This document shows, in pieces, positions 1-13,911 of a DNA stretch of 64,000 nucleotides (the stretch's first letter is position 1; every line of letters begins with the position of its first letter). This DNA comes from Balanoglossus misakiensis (taxonomy: Eukaryota; Animalia; Hemichordata), in NCBI GenBank assembly GCA_040954595.2, contig CM082598.2:2604001-2668000 (forward strand), written 5' to 3'. The translations under genes were made by a program, and so were the position numbers. Under the pieces are notes generated by a model, which was not told where the DNA came from, ran no database searches, and saw only the letters and a list, made by a program, of their open reading frames with translations.

Positions 1-1124
1 TTTGTTATGTGAATAACAACCTCACAATATGTTTGCATTGGCGCAGGATGCGTACGTGTGACTTCATTCCGCGGGCTTGCGCCATGCTAAGCGATCACGA
101 TCTCCGAAATTTCTGGGTTTTTAGGGAGAATTCGACGTAGTCTGGTCGATGAAAGGTGGGGAACAGACGCGCGCGCGGAAACGCGATCAAAATAAACGCT
201 CAACTGAAACGCGTCTATTTTGCAGTTTACAGCATCGTCACTGGTAGATAATGTGACGTAGATCTGGTAGAGTTCCAACAAACGGTAAGTTTATCAGTTT
301 TCAGTCGTTTTTTTTTCACTTTTACGTATTGTTCTGTGCGTTTCCGAAGACATTCTGAATGAAATTGACGTGTGAAATTAATTACACCCGCGACCGAAAT
401 CGTATTACACGCGTACGCGCACAACGAAATGGGCGCCTGCTCAACCCAGATCGTGTCCTGCATTCGGTGTCAGATAGTTTCAACTCTTTCAGTCTTTGCA
501 AATGTGCGTATTGCATCATCAATGAATGTCAAACATTATTCTTTAGCTGCTCAGACCGACAAACCAGAGAAATTCCGATGCAATAACGTTCAAATGCACG
601 AAAAAAAACTTTTTAAAAACTTGATTGAACATATTTTAAAAATGGCAAAATGCGAGCGTGCTCTGTCTGCGCCTGCTGTATACGTCGCTTGTCCTCGATT
701 TGGTGTCAGTCTGGATACCAGACTACCCCATAATGCATCAAAAATACATGAAATTATATGATTGATATCCAAGAACGAATTTTATATTCGTGTTTTCTGA
801 AATTCGAAGGCGTGTCCGTCGCATTTCGTAAACACGTACGCAAGTTCAAGTTAGGATTGTATCGTGCGCCCCCCACGATTATGGCCTATAAAGTCGCGTA
901 TCGTCGAGAAAACTTATTGAAAACGTGTAAATTTACACTTCCGTAAATCTTACAAACATTGCCTAATTTTCTTCACGTTAAGTATTTGTTTTTATTCATA
1001 GTATTCGAGGCCAGATTTCAGATTGTGTAAACTTGATTAGCATATAGATAAGCTTCGGCCCAAATTCCATGTGCGCATGACCCATCCTGTGATGTCACGT
1101 TTCTATGAAGATTGTACTTTGCGC

Positions 1125-1145
1125 GGGGGGGGGGGGGGGGGGGGG
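1125..1145. repeat. Poly-G tract (21 nt)
   Basis: Directly visible. Confidence 0.95.
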
Positions 1146-4100
1146 CACGATTACGTCAACGGACGTAATGTGCATTTCAGAGTTCCGAGAATGACGAGTT
1201 CTTAAAAATTCGAGTACATGTATTACAAACTTTATAAATTCTTTTTCAGACCCTGTCAGAAGCTGGATCCCGTTTGATGAAGAAAAGATTAATCAAACTT
1301 GAAGGATGTACGCGCAGAACATAAACCGGAAAACTGCGCGCACTCGACTTTTCCCCATAGGATTACATTGATAATTGCTACTTCTTCCCTCCAAATCTCA
1401 AATAATTGATCAGAGTGTATAATTATAACTTGGGAAACTCACACTGTCTGGCATCTTAGTTGTTGGCGCGGCTTCTGTTGTCTTGAATTGTAGTATTTCC
1501 TCTTAAGTTATCTGTTGGTTGTACAGAAAAGACAGTTCATGAAGTTTATTGTTTTATTTCAGAAAATAAAGACGAATGAGAGAAAACATCGGCTTGTATA
1601 CAGCAACACCTGGTCCTGCGTAAAAAGAAGAGAACGGATTCCATGTTGACATCATGAAAACGCTAAAAGTAAATGCTATCCGATGTCGTCTTTACTATGT
1701 ATAAAAGAAATATGGTCTCGAAACGTTGAGAAGTTGGTGCGTCAAAATGACGTGAAATCTGCTGCCTGGATGTGAAATAGTTGATGGGATTTTGCAAGTC
1801 ACGAGATGCTTGTGAAGATTGTCAATTCCACCGCTGTGGATCACGTTTCTCTGACGATGTTTTGTACAAGAGGATCTTGACAGATCAAGTCGCCTGAGTT
1901 GTGCCTTCAGTTCTATACACGTACTGGGAAAACCACAGACCAGGAGAGAGAGAGGTGTGGTCAAGAAATTTGGCGGAAAAACGCATATGCAGCGAAATTG
2001 ACGTCATCGGTGTGGCGAGAATGGTACGAGATGGTCGTAGATACGAAAATGCGACGTCTGTGTTGAACGATATTGAGAAAAAAGGGGATCGTATATCTCA
2101 CAGAAATCGCTTTCAGTGAGGAAAAATACATGTCCGTTTAGAAAAGTTCGATGGAATTTGTATCAGACGGAGAAAATATGGTCCCCGTTTTACGACGTAG
2201 AATATGCCCAAATTGTGGTGCGATATCGAAAGGTTTTAGTTACGAAAAATAGTTCCTGCGATCAGTGTAGCAGACGCACCATTTTGGTTGCATATCTTCG
2301 AACTATTTAATTTCAAAAAATCGTCAAATTCTGTCAAGATTTTCGCGGTGCGATCCTATCCCAGGTACACCAGGACACGCCCAAAAGTAACCGACACAAT
2401 TACGGTCGAATCATGACATGTGATCAGTTGCAAGCGTCGCGCGTCGACTGATATAGACAACTGTTCGATTTCGTGTCTTCTGATTGGCGCGCTTAATAGA
2501 TTGATTTCTAAATATAGATAGTACGTATAATCAACGGGGAAAAAGTCGTAACTGTGAATATATAATTATACGAACGAAACAATTAGGTACACTTTTCACG
2601 AAATGTATTCAGTGTTTTTCGAAGCAACTTTCGAAAGTGTGAAATTGAAATGAACATTTTGGGTTAAAACTAGAGAAAATACTAGTAGTATATCTCCGCG
2701 AAGGAAAAATCTCGCACGTTAGCAGTGCGTGACCCGATGGTGCCACCGTTGTTTCTATGTATATCAAGGCAAGCATAAACGCTACCCGACTACAAATAGA
2801 CGTATAGGCCAATACCAGCGTGCCTTTGTTAAAAGTTAGACCCGCTTAGGCTAATCATATTCCAGTTTAAACGTGCATTCTAATTGCTTAATGGAAATAA
2901 CTCGGTACCAAGTCAACTTTTTTTAGCTGGTATATCGTTTGTTTAACTCTTATTTGAGGAATCTAGACGGAATCGGAAATAGTTTTACTCCGATGCACTG
3001 CGCACTTGTAGAAATTATGCAGATCCCCGGGTCGAATTTGCCACGCATAGGAAAGGCGTAGGAAATTTCCGAAAAAGTGTATACCAAAAAGCTTTTCTAT
3101 ACGGAAAAGTCGATTGCATTTCGCGATATTGGGAACATCGGCGACTTTCAAAGACGCGCTTTTCTGTACCACTGACACGAAACGTGACCAGACTTCATCT
3201 TCATGTTTCTATGACAACCAAATGTGCGAAATCGCGCGTGTAGGTCGTTGCATCATGCAGTTATGTAAATGCATGAGCTGTTTCATAACCATCGGACAGC
3301 TGGAGTGCAAACAAAATTCGGCAATCAACCCACCAACGGTGTGGGAAAAGAGTTCAGGAGAAAATTCACAGACATCGGCTCTTGTGTAGGAACTGACAGG
3401 GTAAAAAGATAGCACAGTCGAGTCGTCTGATTCGGTATAAATCCTTATAGGATAGTGGCTAGTCACCGGCTCAGTTGTCTCAGAAACAAAGACTATATAT
3501 ACATGTGACATACTCAATGCTTAAAACACCGCAAGATATTGCACGCATTACATTAAAGTAACTTTGAAATAAAAATCATGTTAGATTTCCAAATAAAAAA
3601 CAATCATACAAGCGATCGTCGAAATATCGAACGATCAAAGACCGGATCCACGGAAATTTCCGTGCAGAAAGTCAACCGGCAGCTTATTCATTGTATATAT
3701 TAGTGGAAATACCGAATAATCGTGATTTCTTAGAAGAAAAGTCTAAAATACGAGAATAATCGTGATATAAAATTATTAAACACCTCAATGAAATCAACCG
3801 CACAGCCAGATACTCCAAGTAGGACCAGTTCGATTGCTCGCAGTCTGCACAGTCAGTTGGCCACGAAACGGTCCCCACGAATCGCAGCAATGGAGTGATC
3901 GAATAATTGCCGATCGCTGCCACAACTCACGCGGACATTGGGAATTTTACCGTGGAAGAGTACTGAACGACTCACAGCCAATAAGGTAGGGGTGTTCACG
4001 TGAAGGCCAACGACTGAACATTGTTTAATATGGAAATAAGGGGTTAAAGTTGAGCTGGGTGCGTTGAATGGCCTCAGTATAAATGAATATGTACGTCATC

Positions 4101-6037
4101 GGCTACTGAATATTTATCACCCAGCTGTCCCGATCGGGGCTTTTTTCCATGGGCAGCCGGTATCTCATTGTTCTATACCGCCTTGTAGCTGTAATCTCAA
4201 TTAAATTCAGCATTTAACAGTACTCAGGGAGCAAACTACAGATAGATTGCCACAAAACACACAGATCAAAGCATAAAACGTCGCAAAAATGCTTGCGCAG
4301 ACTTTGAAACGCTTTCCTGGCGTTTTCCATCACGAGTTCGTGATCGCCGGTGAAGATGCAACCATTTTGTCGTAGGGGGTGATTGGTACCTTGACGATTT
4401 CGACTGAAATACAACGATCCGCTTTGTGACGTCGCCGAACCCAAGTAACCTTTGTACGCAGACGGACTGCGACCCCCCTGCGCGCAGAAATGTATCATCA
4501 GTGGCCGAGGTTGCGTTGGCCGAAATATACAACATGCATGAAATGTACATGGCGAGGCTGATCATTAACCAGAAATGAACATGATATTAAGACGCACTTC
4601 AGACGGCCGAATTTTTGGACCGAGATCATGCCATGGCAGACAGCTGGTCGTACCGTGACGGAGGTACAATGTCCACGTGGATCGCCTGTGACCAGTTGCG
4701 ACACAGCGCAAGGACCGTAGACACAATTCTTTGACCTCGTTGCATAGCAACGGCCCGGTTACATGTCTGATGGCTCTTTCAGATACCCGCGACCGACTTC
4801 CCTATTTAAGTTGAACTTGAAACGAAAAAGAAGAATCCCGTTCCATGTATTTTTTCTTCAATCGTTACAAAGAATAATTTCAGTGTATTTTATTTTATGG
4901 TTGTGTATTTTTCATTCAATGAATTAGAGTAATAAAATTCAAATCCTTTTAAAACGATGTTACACAACGAATTGGTAGAAAAAAAATTATTTACATGTTA
5001 GACCGGCGATTGCAGTTTGTTGGTCATGTTATCAGAGATTACCAATCCAAGTCTCTGTGTTTGATTATTGCAAGAATCTTATCTCGTTACATGACTGCTG
5101 GATCTCAGGAAGTGTCAAGGAAACAGTGAGAAGTAACAAACTGTCAGTGGTACCCGGACCACTATAAGTTCCCACTGGAGTTATTCCCTCAGCGGATAAT
5201 TCAACAAATAGGCTGATAGCATTGTTCAAAGACTATTCAAGTTGTGTAACGACAGTTATGGTACTGCACTACGAAGACCGAGCAGAAGATACATGCATTA
5301 TAGACTTCAAAGACTGAGAAATATATGTCCTTTATAAGCATTGTGATTACAAAAAAATTTTAATTGAGAGAAAACTAGGATGGACAACGCATAGTTTATA
5401 CTCAGGGGTGTGTTGGTTTATTTGTTTGATGTGTGTCGTTCTTGTTGTTGTTGTTTTTTGGGGGGGATGGTCTCTGTTCCCATGGTGTCCCGTTATTTGC
5501 CGTTTGTCTTTGTGTTATCAAACCACTTAATTACATTTTCAATATTAGCATCGCTGGCTGTACATAACATAAGCTAACAGGCTGTGTTGATACAAGAAGC
5601 TACAGTACATGCCAGAAATTTCACCGCGCTTGAGAGAGTTTCAGAGGAATCTGTCCCACCGAAGCCTGCCAAAGACATACTTGTCGTATCACAGGGGACA
5701 GAGTAATCGTATAACAATTGTATATATGGGGATGATGTTGATAATAAATATTCTTTTTAGAAAACAATGTGGTAACGTTCACAGTCAAAGTGAAGAATAT
5801 CCATGACACCATCCAAATATGGTAAAGTTCAGAGGTCAAAGTATCCTTCCTGTTTATGCTAATTTCTTGTTTCCTGTTTATGCAAATTTCTTGTTCAGCA
5901 ACAGGAACAGCGTCCGACACAGGACAGGCTTTCCGGACACAGTCTGCTGACACTGAAGAATATCAGTGGCCTACAGCATCTTCCACAAATAAAATCGACA
6001 AATCTTACAAGACTATCAAAAAAGATGATATCCACGA

Positions 6038-9000
6038 TTACTGGGCAGTGTCGATAAGACTTTGTAAGGATACAGGAGTCCATTTCTGTCCTTGTTGTTG
6101 ATAGATGACACCGTGCTCAATGTACATTGTATGCTTTCCAAACGAGTACAACATTTTCCCTTCGTAACGACGGTTCGCAGGTACAAACAAAATGCCGTTT
6201 TCTTGAGCCTGAAAAATAAAATCCCATAATTTAAATTATTTTCCGATAACTAGGATTTGACCAAAATACACATTGCAGTTTCATATGTATAGAGGGCTAA
6301 ATTCGTACAATTGACTATTCCTTAAGACTCAGTGTCTGAATCTTTTCAAATTATTTTAAATAAACATATAAGCGCTTACCTTTTTTTCGACCAGATCTTT
6401 AAAACTTGTTGGTATGGCTATTCTGCGTACTGGGCTCTGTAAGACAGAATGACATAATTGATTGTCATTGAAATGCATTATTCTCTCTTTCACTTTTTTA
6501 ACACAACACACGAACCCTTTGACATCTTCGAGTTACTTCGGAGTTGTGGTATATTCAATAAAGATTAAAGGGACAAAGTCTCTCTCCAGCTGCCCCTTTT
6601 TCATTAATTATGTTTGATACAAGACACTGTTTATGTTAATGTACATGTGGATATATAGTGAATCAATGATCAACCACACAAAACTTCCATCCCACTTGTA
6701 TGATATGAGAGTAAAAACTCGCCCAAAATGAATAAATGGTAAAGAACGATTATTCATTTTGGCGAGTTTTTTCACTCTCCTGTCTATAAAGGGGATGGAA
6801 GTTGTGTGTGGTTGAACGTTCATTCACTATATATCCACACATAGAATAACAAACGGTGTCTTGTATCAAACATAATTAATGGAAAAAGGGCAGCGAGAGA
6901 GAGACTTTGTCCGTTTAAAATGTAATGAACTTACATCAGTGCGTTGCGGTCGGTCTGGTGGTAAGGATTCAACCGGATCAGGTCTTGGAACAAACGAAGG
7001 CATGGCACCGGGATGGAAGTTACCGGACACTGATCGATTCATTATATCCAAGGCTTGGTTTATTTGGTCTGGAAAACACAGGCAATGGAATGGGATTTGA
7101 GTGACGGATTGTATAGTACAAAGCTATGGAAAGTTGTGATGTGTGGTGAGACTTTAATACAATGTATTGATTTTCATCAGAAGTCAGTTGTGAAGTCCCA
7201 TATATAATCAACTTTGATAGTATAGTCAGTGAAAGCCAGGAGCAAGAGTCAGTGGGTTAGATATAAGAAGCAGGACTCCATATGAGAATCCTACATTAGA
7301 GAATGCTGTACTGTACGTCTCAGGTTGTGCATCATAATGGCCGTATGAGGGCGCTAGATTTATGAAAAGGGTGTGTCTCTTGTACTCCTACCTTTTATTG
7401 GAGACATGGCAAGCAGCTCGTCCGAAAACATGGACTTCCAACCCGTGTACCACTTCAAGACTTCGTCATAGTTCGGATTGTTGCCCAGCCAGCTGTATAG
7501 CACATTCAACCACTTCGGGAAGAAGTGTTTCTGAAGCAGCGAGCAAAGGGTTGGCTTCGGTAGCATGTCATCCCACGCCATCACCCAGTTGAACGGATCT
7601 GGTGGAAGACGAGAGAAAGAGATGTCTGATGGTAAAGATTGAGTGATTTGAACCATTTGGCATCTGTGTCTCACCGGTAAAACGTGGAAAGGGTTCTATC
7701 CTTGAAGTTGACCAGAAAGGGGTGATTCATCTCTTAGCCAAACGATACTTTTAGAAAGTCATTTTCAAAAAGATAGATAATTCAAAATCTCCTGGTATTC
7801 TGAAAGGGGGCGCAACCCATATTATCTTATAATGTTTTGCTGACAGTTATTATCACAGAAATTCTAGGAATGTCACCCCCTGTTCCTGACTTTAATTAAC
7901 TTGGTGGGAAATGCCGGATGGGTAATATCCAGTGTGGATGGGGGAAGGCTAACTGTCCTGATATCTTCATCTCAAGCAAAATGCGAAAGAAATACCAATA
8001 AATATAAATAAATGAAATATAAAATCCCTCTCACCGAGATGTTGCTGATACGGGTTGATGACGAATTCCTGCAAGCACACAGCGAGTTTGGGTACAATGT
8101 GACGCACGAGGAACGCATCCATGGTTCCCTGGGAGAAGACCTGTCGCCATGGTTGCAGGATAGTCTTGGCCGATATGTCACTGGGGTGCCAATTGGTCAG
8201 TGCGTTGCCTAGCTTGTGTCGGATTGGCGCGTACAGTGGCTCGAGACGTTGACCTAAAGAGAAATACGCACTGTTATTTCCATGGACACATTTTTTGCAA
8301 AAACTGGCTGGTAATTACTTGGACGTATCTGATACAGGCGAGGTGACTGTAAAAATCTTGACACACTAAATTAATCCAGCACTGGCAAAGAGTTATGTCA
8401 CAGGGCTTTCCATAAGCATATGCCCGAGTTCTCCAATGCAAATTATCAAAAGAAATAGACGAAGTGTCCTGGTTGTTTAACATGCGTGTCTAACTGCATC
8501 TTCAAACTCACCCATGAGCGGTAACCATGGATGCAACCACGAATCGATCCTCTGAGTGTCGGTCAGGGGGTTCCAATTCTGGACTTCTCTTTGTAACTTG
8601 GGGAAGACTAGCTGATCAAAGACGTTGTTGCTGACCCACAAAGGCAACAAAGCCAGCCAGTTCTCCAACAGCTCTGAATGATAAAAAAAAGGAAGATAAT
8701 ACTTTCACTAACCCAAGTCACACGATTTCACTTAAAGGGACAAAGTCTCTCTCTCGCTGCCCTTTTTCCATTAATTATGCTTGATACAAGACACAGTTTA
8801 TTTATGGTAATGTACATGTGGATATATAGTGAATCAAGGCATGTTTGTTAGAGGGCACACTGAACTTTACATGCGACATCTGACAAACAGACATCATTAT
8901 ATTCAACCAACCTATAAGTGGGTTGCAGTCTCGAGGATTCCAAGCCATGGCAGCATTCCTGACGTATGGCAACCAGACATCCCACACCAATCTATCATAC

Positions 9001-11852
9001 ATCGTTGTGGTCTGTACACCTTCCTTCGCAATCACATTGTCATTGTTGTCGATTAAGTCTTTCCACTTCTTGAAGACATCAATTCCAAAAAGACTGTCTT
9101 CAAGCGGGTCCCAGCGCATTAAATATTCATTTACCTGCGGAAGAAATTGGTCACATGATGATCATCTTTTTGCTGTATAGTCAAACCTGGCTATAGTGGC
9201 CACTCAAATTCCTAAACTGGCCTTTATAGACAGTGGCCACTGCTAAAATGAATTGCAACAATACAGTCTCAATATTCCATATTTTTCTTACCAGTGGAAA
9301 TACCATCGGAATGACAAGTTTGGACAGTTCATAAAGCCTGTACTCTTCATAGAAATCACTCTGCAACGTCTTGAAGAAATCTTCAGCGTCTTCAAGTTCC
9401 CACTGACTCATGCTATCAGGTTCATGTCTTTCCTCGTATCTGAAAAACAAAAGACGAAAAGCAAATGAAATCAGCACTAGAGGGCGCTATAACCATGGAC
9501 ACAGCACATGATATATACATGTGAATGAACATATCCTATCTATTTTCAAAACAAAAAACCTACTTTTCAATCATATTCATGATTTCTGTCATCCTGTTGA
9601 TATGTTTTTCCTCGTGGTCAAGCACTTGGCGTAGTTTCTCCTCTTCGTGTTTGAGGTTGACGATCATATCTCCTTCATGGTGTAATCTGAACGTGGAAAT
9701 AGCAGAGAAAATCGAAAAATGAAATCACCCCATGTATCATTTATTATTCCTGTGTGTGCGGAAAATCAGTGGTATCACTTTTGAGTAAAGAGTCAAAAAG
9801 CGTTTCTAAACACTCACTGTTTGTCGTTGTTTATGATTTCCTGTTCCGACATGTCCACCAATAAATCCAGATTATGCATTAATTCCGGCATGGTGAATGC
9901 CGTATGATCCAGGACTATCGGCGCACTGGTCTCCACTTCCTCACCGGGTTTGCTGTGCTTCTGACTGATCTGGTCGTAGCCGGACAAAACCCTCTTCTCT
10001 TTCCCCGTGAGGTCGATCACCTTCACTTGTGTCATGGCCTTGTCTGTTGGCCGTGACGATTTCTTCAGCTTAGCCTTCTCCTTCACCTCATCTATTGTCT
10101 TGTAGGAGTACTTGGGTTTCTGTTTTGCCTGTATAGAAACAAAAATTAAACTAGCAAATAAGTTTAGCATGTAGGCAATTACAGTCAAATGCCATAAATT
10201 CTGAAATACATCTATATACCATTAATTATACATGTACCACCAATCATGAAACTGTAAAAGAATTAACTTCACTGTTTTGATGTTTTGACACATTCTGGGT
10301 ATTAAATGCACAAATTTGAGCAGTCTTGTGTGAAGATTCAGCTCAATAAGGCTTAACCTCTCACTTCACCCCCCTCCCCTCCTCCACCAGGTACAGGTTT
10401 AGTGTAACCTCCCAATTTGCATTACCAAAGGTAAAACCATGTACAAAAAAGGTAAGGAAAGGGGGTTGCGACGTTACCTCAGGTCCTTTCTTCCACTGTG
10501 ACAACTGGTTTCGAAATTCTTCCTCCTCCTCATCTTCTGAGTCCACACGAGGTTTCTGATTGGGTCGTTCTGGTCCGTGAGCACCAATAGCACCCTTGCC
10601 TTTCCTCAAGTGGGCTTCAACAGGTGTGATAATCCCCTGGCCGATCTTACCCAGACCCTTACCAGGCTGGTAACCCATCTGGGGGAAAATGTACAAGAGA
10701 ACAATTCTAATGAGCCCTTCATTTCACCAGGTAGAATGCGCCTCGAAAATCAGTCTTCAATTTTCTCAGGTATTTCGCTCATGGTAACTTTATATCACAC
10801 TTAAAATTGGGGCAAAAAATCAACAGACACAAAATTTATGTCATTAAAGATATACATGTACATGTACACCACCGATAACTGGATTCAGTCCATTTGAAGC
10901 CATAAGTTTACCTTAAGTAGAAGTTTTTGACCAATACCCTTTGTGTGCTTCTCCCAACTTCCGAAACCTTTATCCGAAGGGTTTAACTTGGCCGATCCCC
11001 TCTGCTTGAAGCCCATTCCACCCTGTGACTTGAATGGTTTCTTCTTCGTGCTCTTGAATTCTAGTGGAACCTCAAAGTTTTCCCCTTCATTGCCCTGGAA
11101 ACAAGAGCATGCATAAATCATCACTTATCAAGCCTAAGTTGACGAATCTGATAGCATCATTTTCACCTGGCCAAAAACATACTGTAATGTTTAATAAACA
11201 CCCTATAGGTCATCTTGGCAGAGTGTATGGACGAAAGTGGCCCATTCTGGTGCAGGTCACTGTTCTCAATACAATCGTGTTTGTTTTATCAGGATGAAAG
11301 ACAGTTTTCTATCTTTGAGTTTCAAAGCACCTTGATCATCATCTACAATGGTTAATAATCAAGACTCACCTCTTCAAGTTCCTGCTTCAATTGATCATCT
11401 GTTTTCTTTAATCCACCACTGACAAAGTCCAGCCCCCCTGAGTAATCTTTACGTCTTCCTCCTCCAAGACCAGCCCTCCCTCCCCCATATTCATCATCAC
11501 TATCATCTCGAGGAGGGGCCCAGATACCTAGACAGAGAGGGACAGTGTGTTTAGCTGGTTACTTAGGGACCACCTCAGATTGTCACATAAGCTCAACAAT
11601 CGAAATTTATTCGTTTGGATCCAAAATCCCACCCCCTACAGGACAGTTCAAAGTTGTGTTGTTGATATCCGATACTGTATAATCTACAATGTACGTACAT
11701 TATGAAAAAATGTAATGCTTACCGTAGATGGCGTCTGACTTGGTTTGCCTGTATCGTTTCCTATCTGGGTTGAACTCGTTTTCCAAATCATAATCAGTCA
11801 CTTCAAAACTCTCAACTTCTTCGTCCGAGTTGGGGTCAAATCTATCAGCCAT
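6038..11852 (-). CDS. TFIP11: Tuftelin-interacting protein 11 (spliceosome disassembly factor; G-patch and GCFC domains), 14 coding exons
   Basis: Exons assembled by hand, all GT-AG and phase-consistent: 11723-11852, 11370-11527, 10912-11094, 10478-10678, 9818-10128, 9564-9686, 9292-9439, 8912-9134, 8512-8673, 8035-8253, 7392-7598, 6935-7068, 6380-6436, 6038-6208. N-terminus [29 protein letters not shown]...[11 protein letters not shown]; G-patch [30 protein letters not shown]; also [56 protein letters not shown] and C-terminal [14 protein letters not shown]. All match the TFIP11/Ntr1 family. Confidence 0.97.
6565..6918. mobile_element. Complete non-autonomous DNA transposon (MITE) with TTAA TSD and ~130-bp imperfect TIRs, Kolobok-like (purine termini)
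   Basis: TTAA|AGGGACAAAGTCTCTCTC...GCTGCCC...ATTAATTATGTTTGATACAAGACAC at the left end is mirrored by GTGTCTTGTATCAAACATAATTAAT...GGGCAGCGAGAGAGAGACTTTGTCCGT|TTAA at the right. It lies in a TFIP11 intron. Confidence 0.88.
8732..8838. mobile_element. Partial copy (one TIR) of the 6565-6918 MITE family
   Basis: TTAAAGGGACAAAGTCTCTCTCTCGCTGCCCTTTTTCCATTAATTATGCTTGATACAAGACAC...GTGGATATATAGTGAATCAA. Confidence 0.85.
9472..9489 (+). promoter_or_regulatory. CTCF-like motif
   Basis: CAGCACTAGAGGGCGCTA against the consensus CCACYAGRKGGCRS. Confidence 0.5.
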
Positions 11853-12129
11853 GACTACGGCTTTGAAACCTGTTTTAGGGCTAGACGGGATTGGGAGCTC
11901 TCGTACGTAAAGTACAAATGTATGTGTACTACAGTCCAGAGAATCGCGACGTTATTCTTCAATCGAAAACGGACCTGCAGGTCCGTAGTTTACCAAAAAA
12001 AAGGAACCACTTTGTTGATACCCTGAAATCCACAAAGCTTCTTACGTTACAGGTACCTGTATGCGCAAAAATTCCGACGGGGTGGAGAAACTCATGCAAT
12101 CACGACGAAGCGAACGATAGACTCATATG

Positions 12130-12143
12130 GGCGCCGCCATTTT
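12130..12143 (-). promoter_or_regulatory. YY1-type motif (CCGCCATTTT) at the likely TFIP11 promoter/TSS
   Basis: GGCGCCGCCATTTT lies about 280 bp upstream of the ATG, at the edge of a CpG-richer patch before AT-rich sequence. Confidence 0.5.
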
Positions 12144-13911
12144 GTGTTGTGAGATTGGAGCGCCCTCTAACACATCAAGTCATTTATTTGACCTTTCAAC
12201 TTTGTGCCATTCAAATTTTTCATGTATCTGCCAATTTTGTCATTATTGGCTTATTTCATCATGGTCAGTGGAATCAATTTTACGCAAAATACGACTGGAA
12301 CTATTTTACTTTCAGTTAAACATTTACTTTCTTTATTATATACATGCAAATAAAGTACATTTAACATTATAAACTCTTAACTTAAACACAAATAAAGTGC
12401 ATTTGACAATACATAAACATAAAGAAAGCATATTTGACAAATCCCAATTCTTGCCAAACTTTGACTTTGACCCAATCACAAACTTTGTTAGGAGAAAAAT
12501 GGAAGCGCATGTAATATTACGTTTTTTTGTCACTCGGACATTTGTGATCCAGACGTCTCAAGTTCAGGGCGAGATTTAAGTTAACGTCAAGCCATGAAAA
12601 AGTTTAAGTACCATAATTATTCACCAGAGTACTGTACTCATTGCAGTACAAGCTCAAAGAAAAACTGCTGATACTGAACTCTACAGTTTTTGGCAGTGGT
12701 TATAAAGAATTTCGGCAAAATGAGCTTACTCTATACAATGCTTGACAATAAGTACCCTGCATTGGAGAGGCCATGTGTTTACTATTGGCATAAAATTTCC
12801 ACCTACAGGGCTTATGATAGTTTGCCAACGAACTGTGTATGAGTAATATAAGTTGGCAATTACCCACAATCCACATACTGGACATAGTACAACTATGAAG
12901 CCTGGAATGTCTCCCAAGTTTAAAGACAAGATTTATAAATTTTGATTTTTATGTTGGCAAGACCAATGGACTACCATGTTAATACATGCCAACTGCTAAA
13001 AACGGTGGAAAATTCTATCACTCCGTCCCCAAATATTAAATAGCATTAAAATGTCCTTTAAATTCTCACAGAGTAAAAATTTAACTGTACATGAAGCCAT
13101 AAAACTACATTAAATACTTTTTAAATAATGTTTCATTCTAGCACCATCTGTAGAAATACTTTCATTAAAGCTAGAAATAAGTTTCAGGAACTAAAGAACA
13201 TGTCTTTGTCAATATGATTGATAGCACACACTTACCAATTCAGGTTTTGTAAGTTTAACAAATCATCAGAAACATATTCCTGAGTTTATAACTCACTAAT
13301 CAGCATAAAAGAGTAAAATTCACCAAAGACAATAAGTCAGGTTTCATATCCAAATCACTAACCAAACAGTCCCAAGAATATCTATAAAAAGTACGAAATT
13401 TCCACCATGATTTCATAGATATCTGAGCAGTTCCTAGTCCAAGACAACATGCTACTAATAATAAAAGTAGTTTTATCTTAAAAAGTCAATGTCCAACTAC
13501 AGCAATCCATGCTCTTCAATATAAATATATTGCTTAAAATTTATTTTTTTGAAATCAACTTAAATCCGCACTGTTTGGTTTAGGAGTTGTTTAATATTAA
13601 AACAAAATATTGCATCATCGGGAAACTTAAGTAGTGTAAACTAGTACTTTTATCAAGAGAGAAAGCAAAAATGTCTCAAACATCAATACTACCTTAAAAT
13701 TCTGTGGATGTACTGTACTCATCATGCAAAATTTCAAAATGTTTAACCTTGGTACTAATACTGGCAGTGACTAAAATTACATTTCAGCAAGACACAATAC
13801 AACATACTATAAATGAAGCACTTACAACACCTTGGTATATTACAGAGAACATTTTAAAAATCTCACATGCAATGGAACTATAAGATGGCATCTGCTATCC
13901 ACCCAAAGATC

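Noticed and set aside
4126-4146. GC hairpin followed by a T run, resembling an intrinsic terminator or Pol III RNA end
   Set aside because: Eukaryotic context; the implied transcript after the TATA would be only about 45 nt and matches no RNA family I recognise.
4266-4565. 99-aa minus-strand ORF with a weak signal-peptide-like start and KR/RR/GKR sites (neuropeptide precursor?)
   Set aside because: Hydrophobic core is weak, there is no repeated or recognisable peptide, and no supporting minus-strand gene signals were found.
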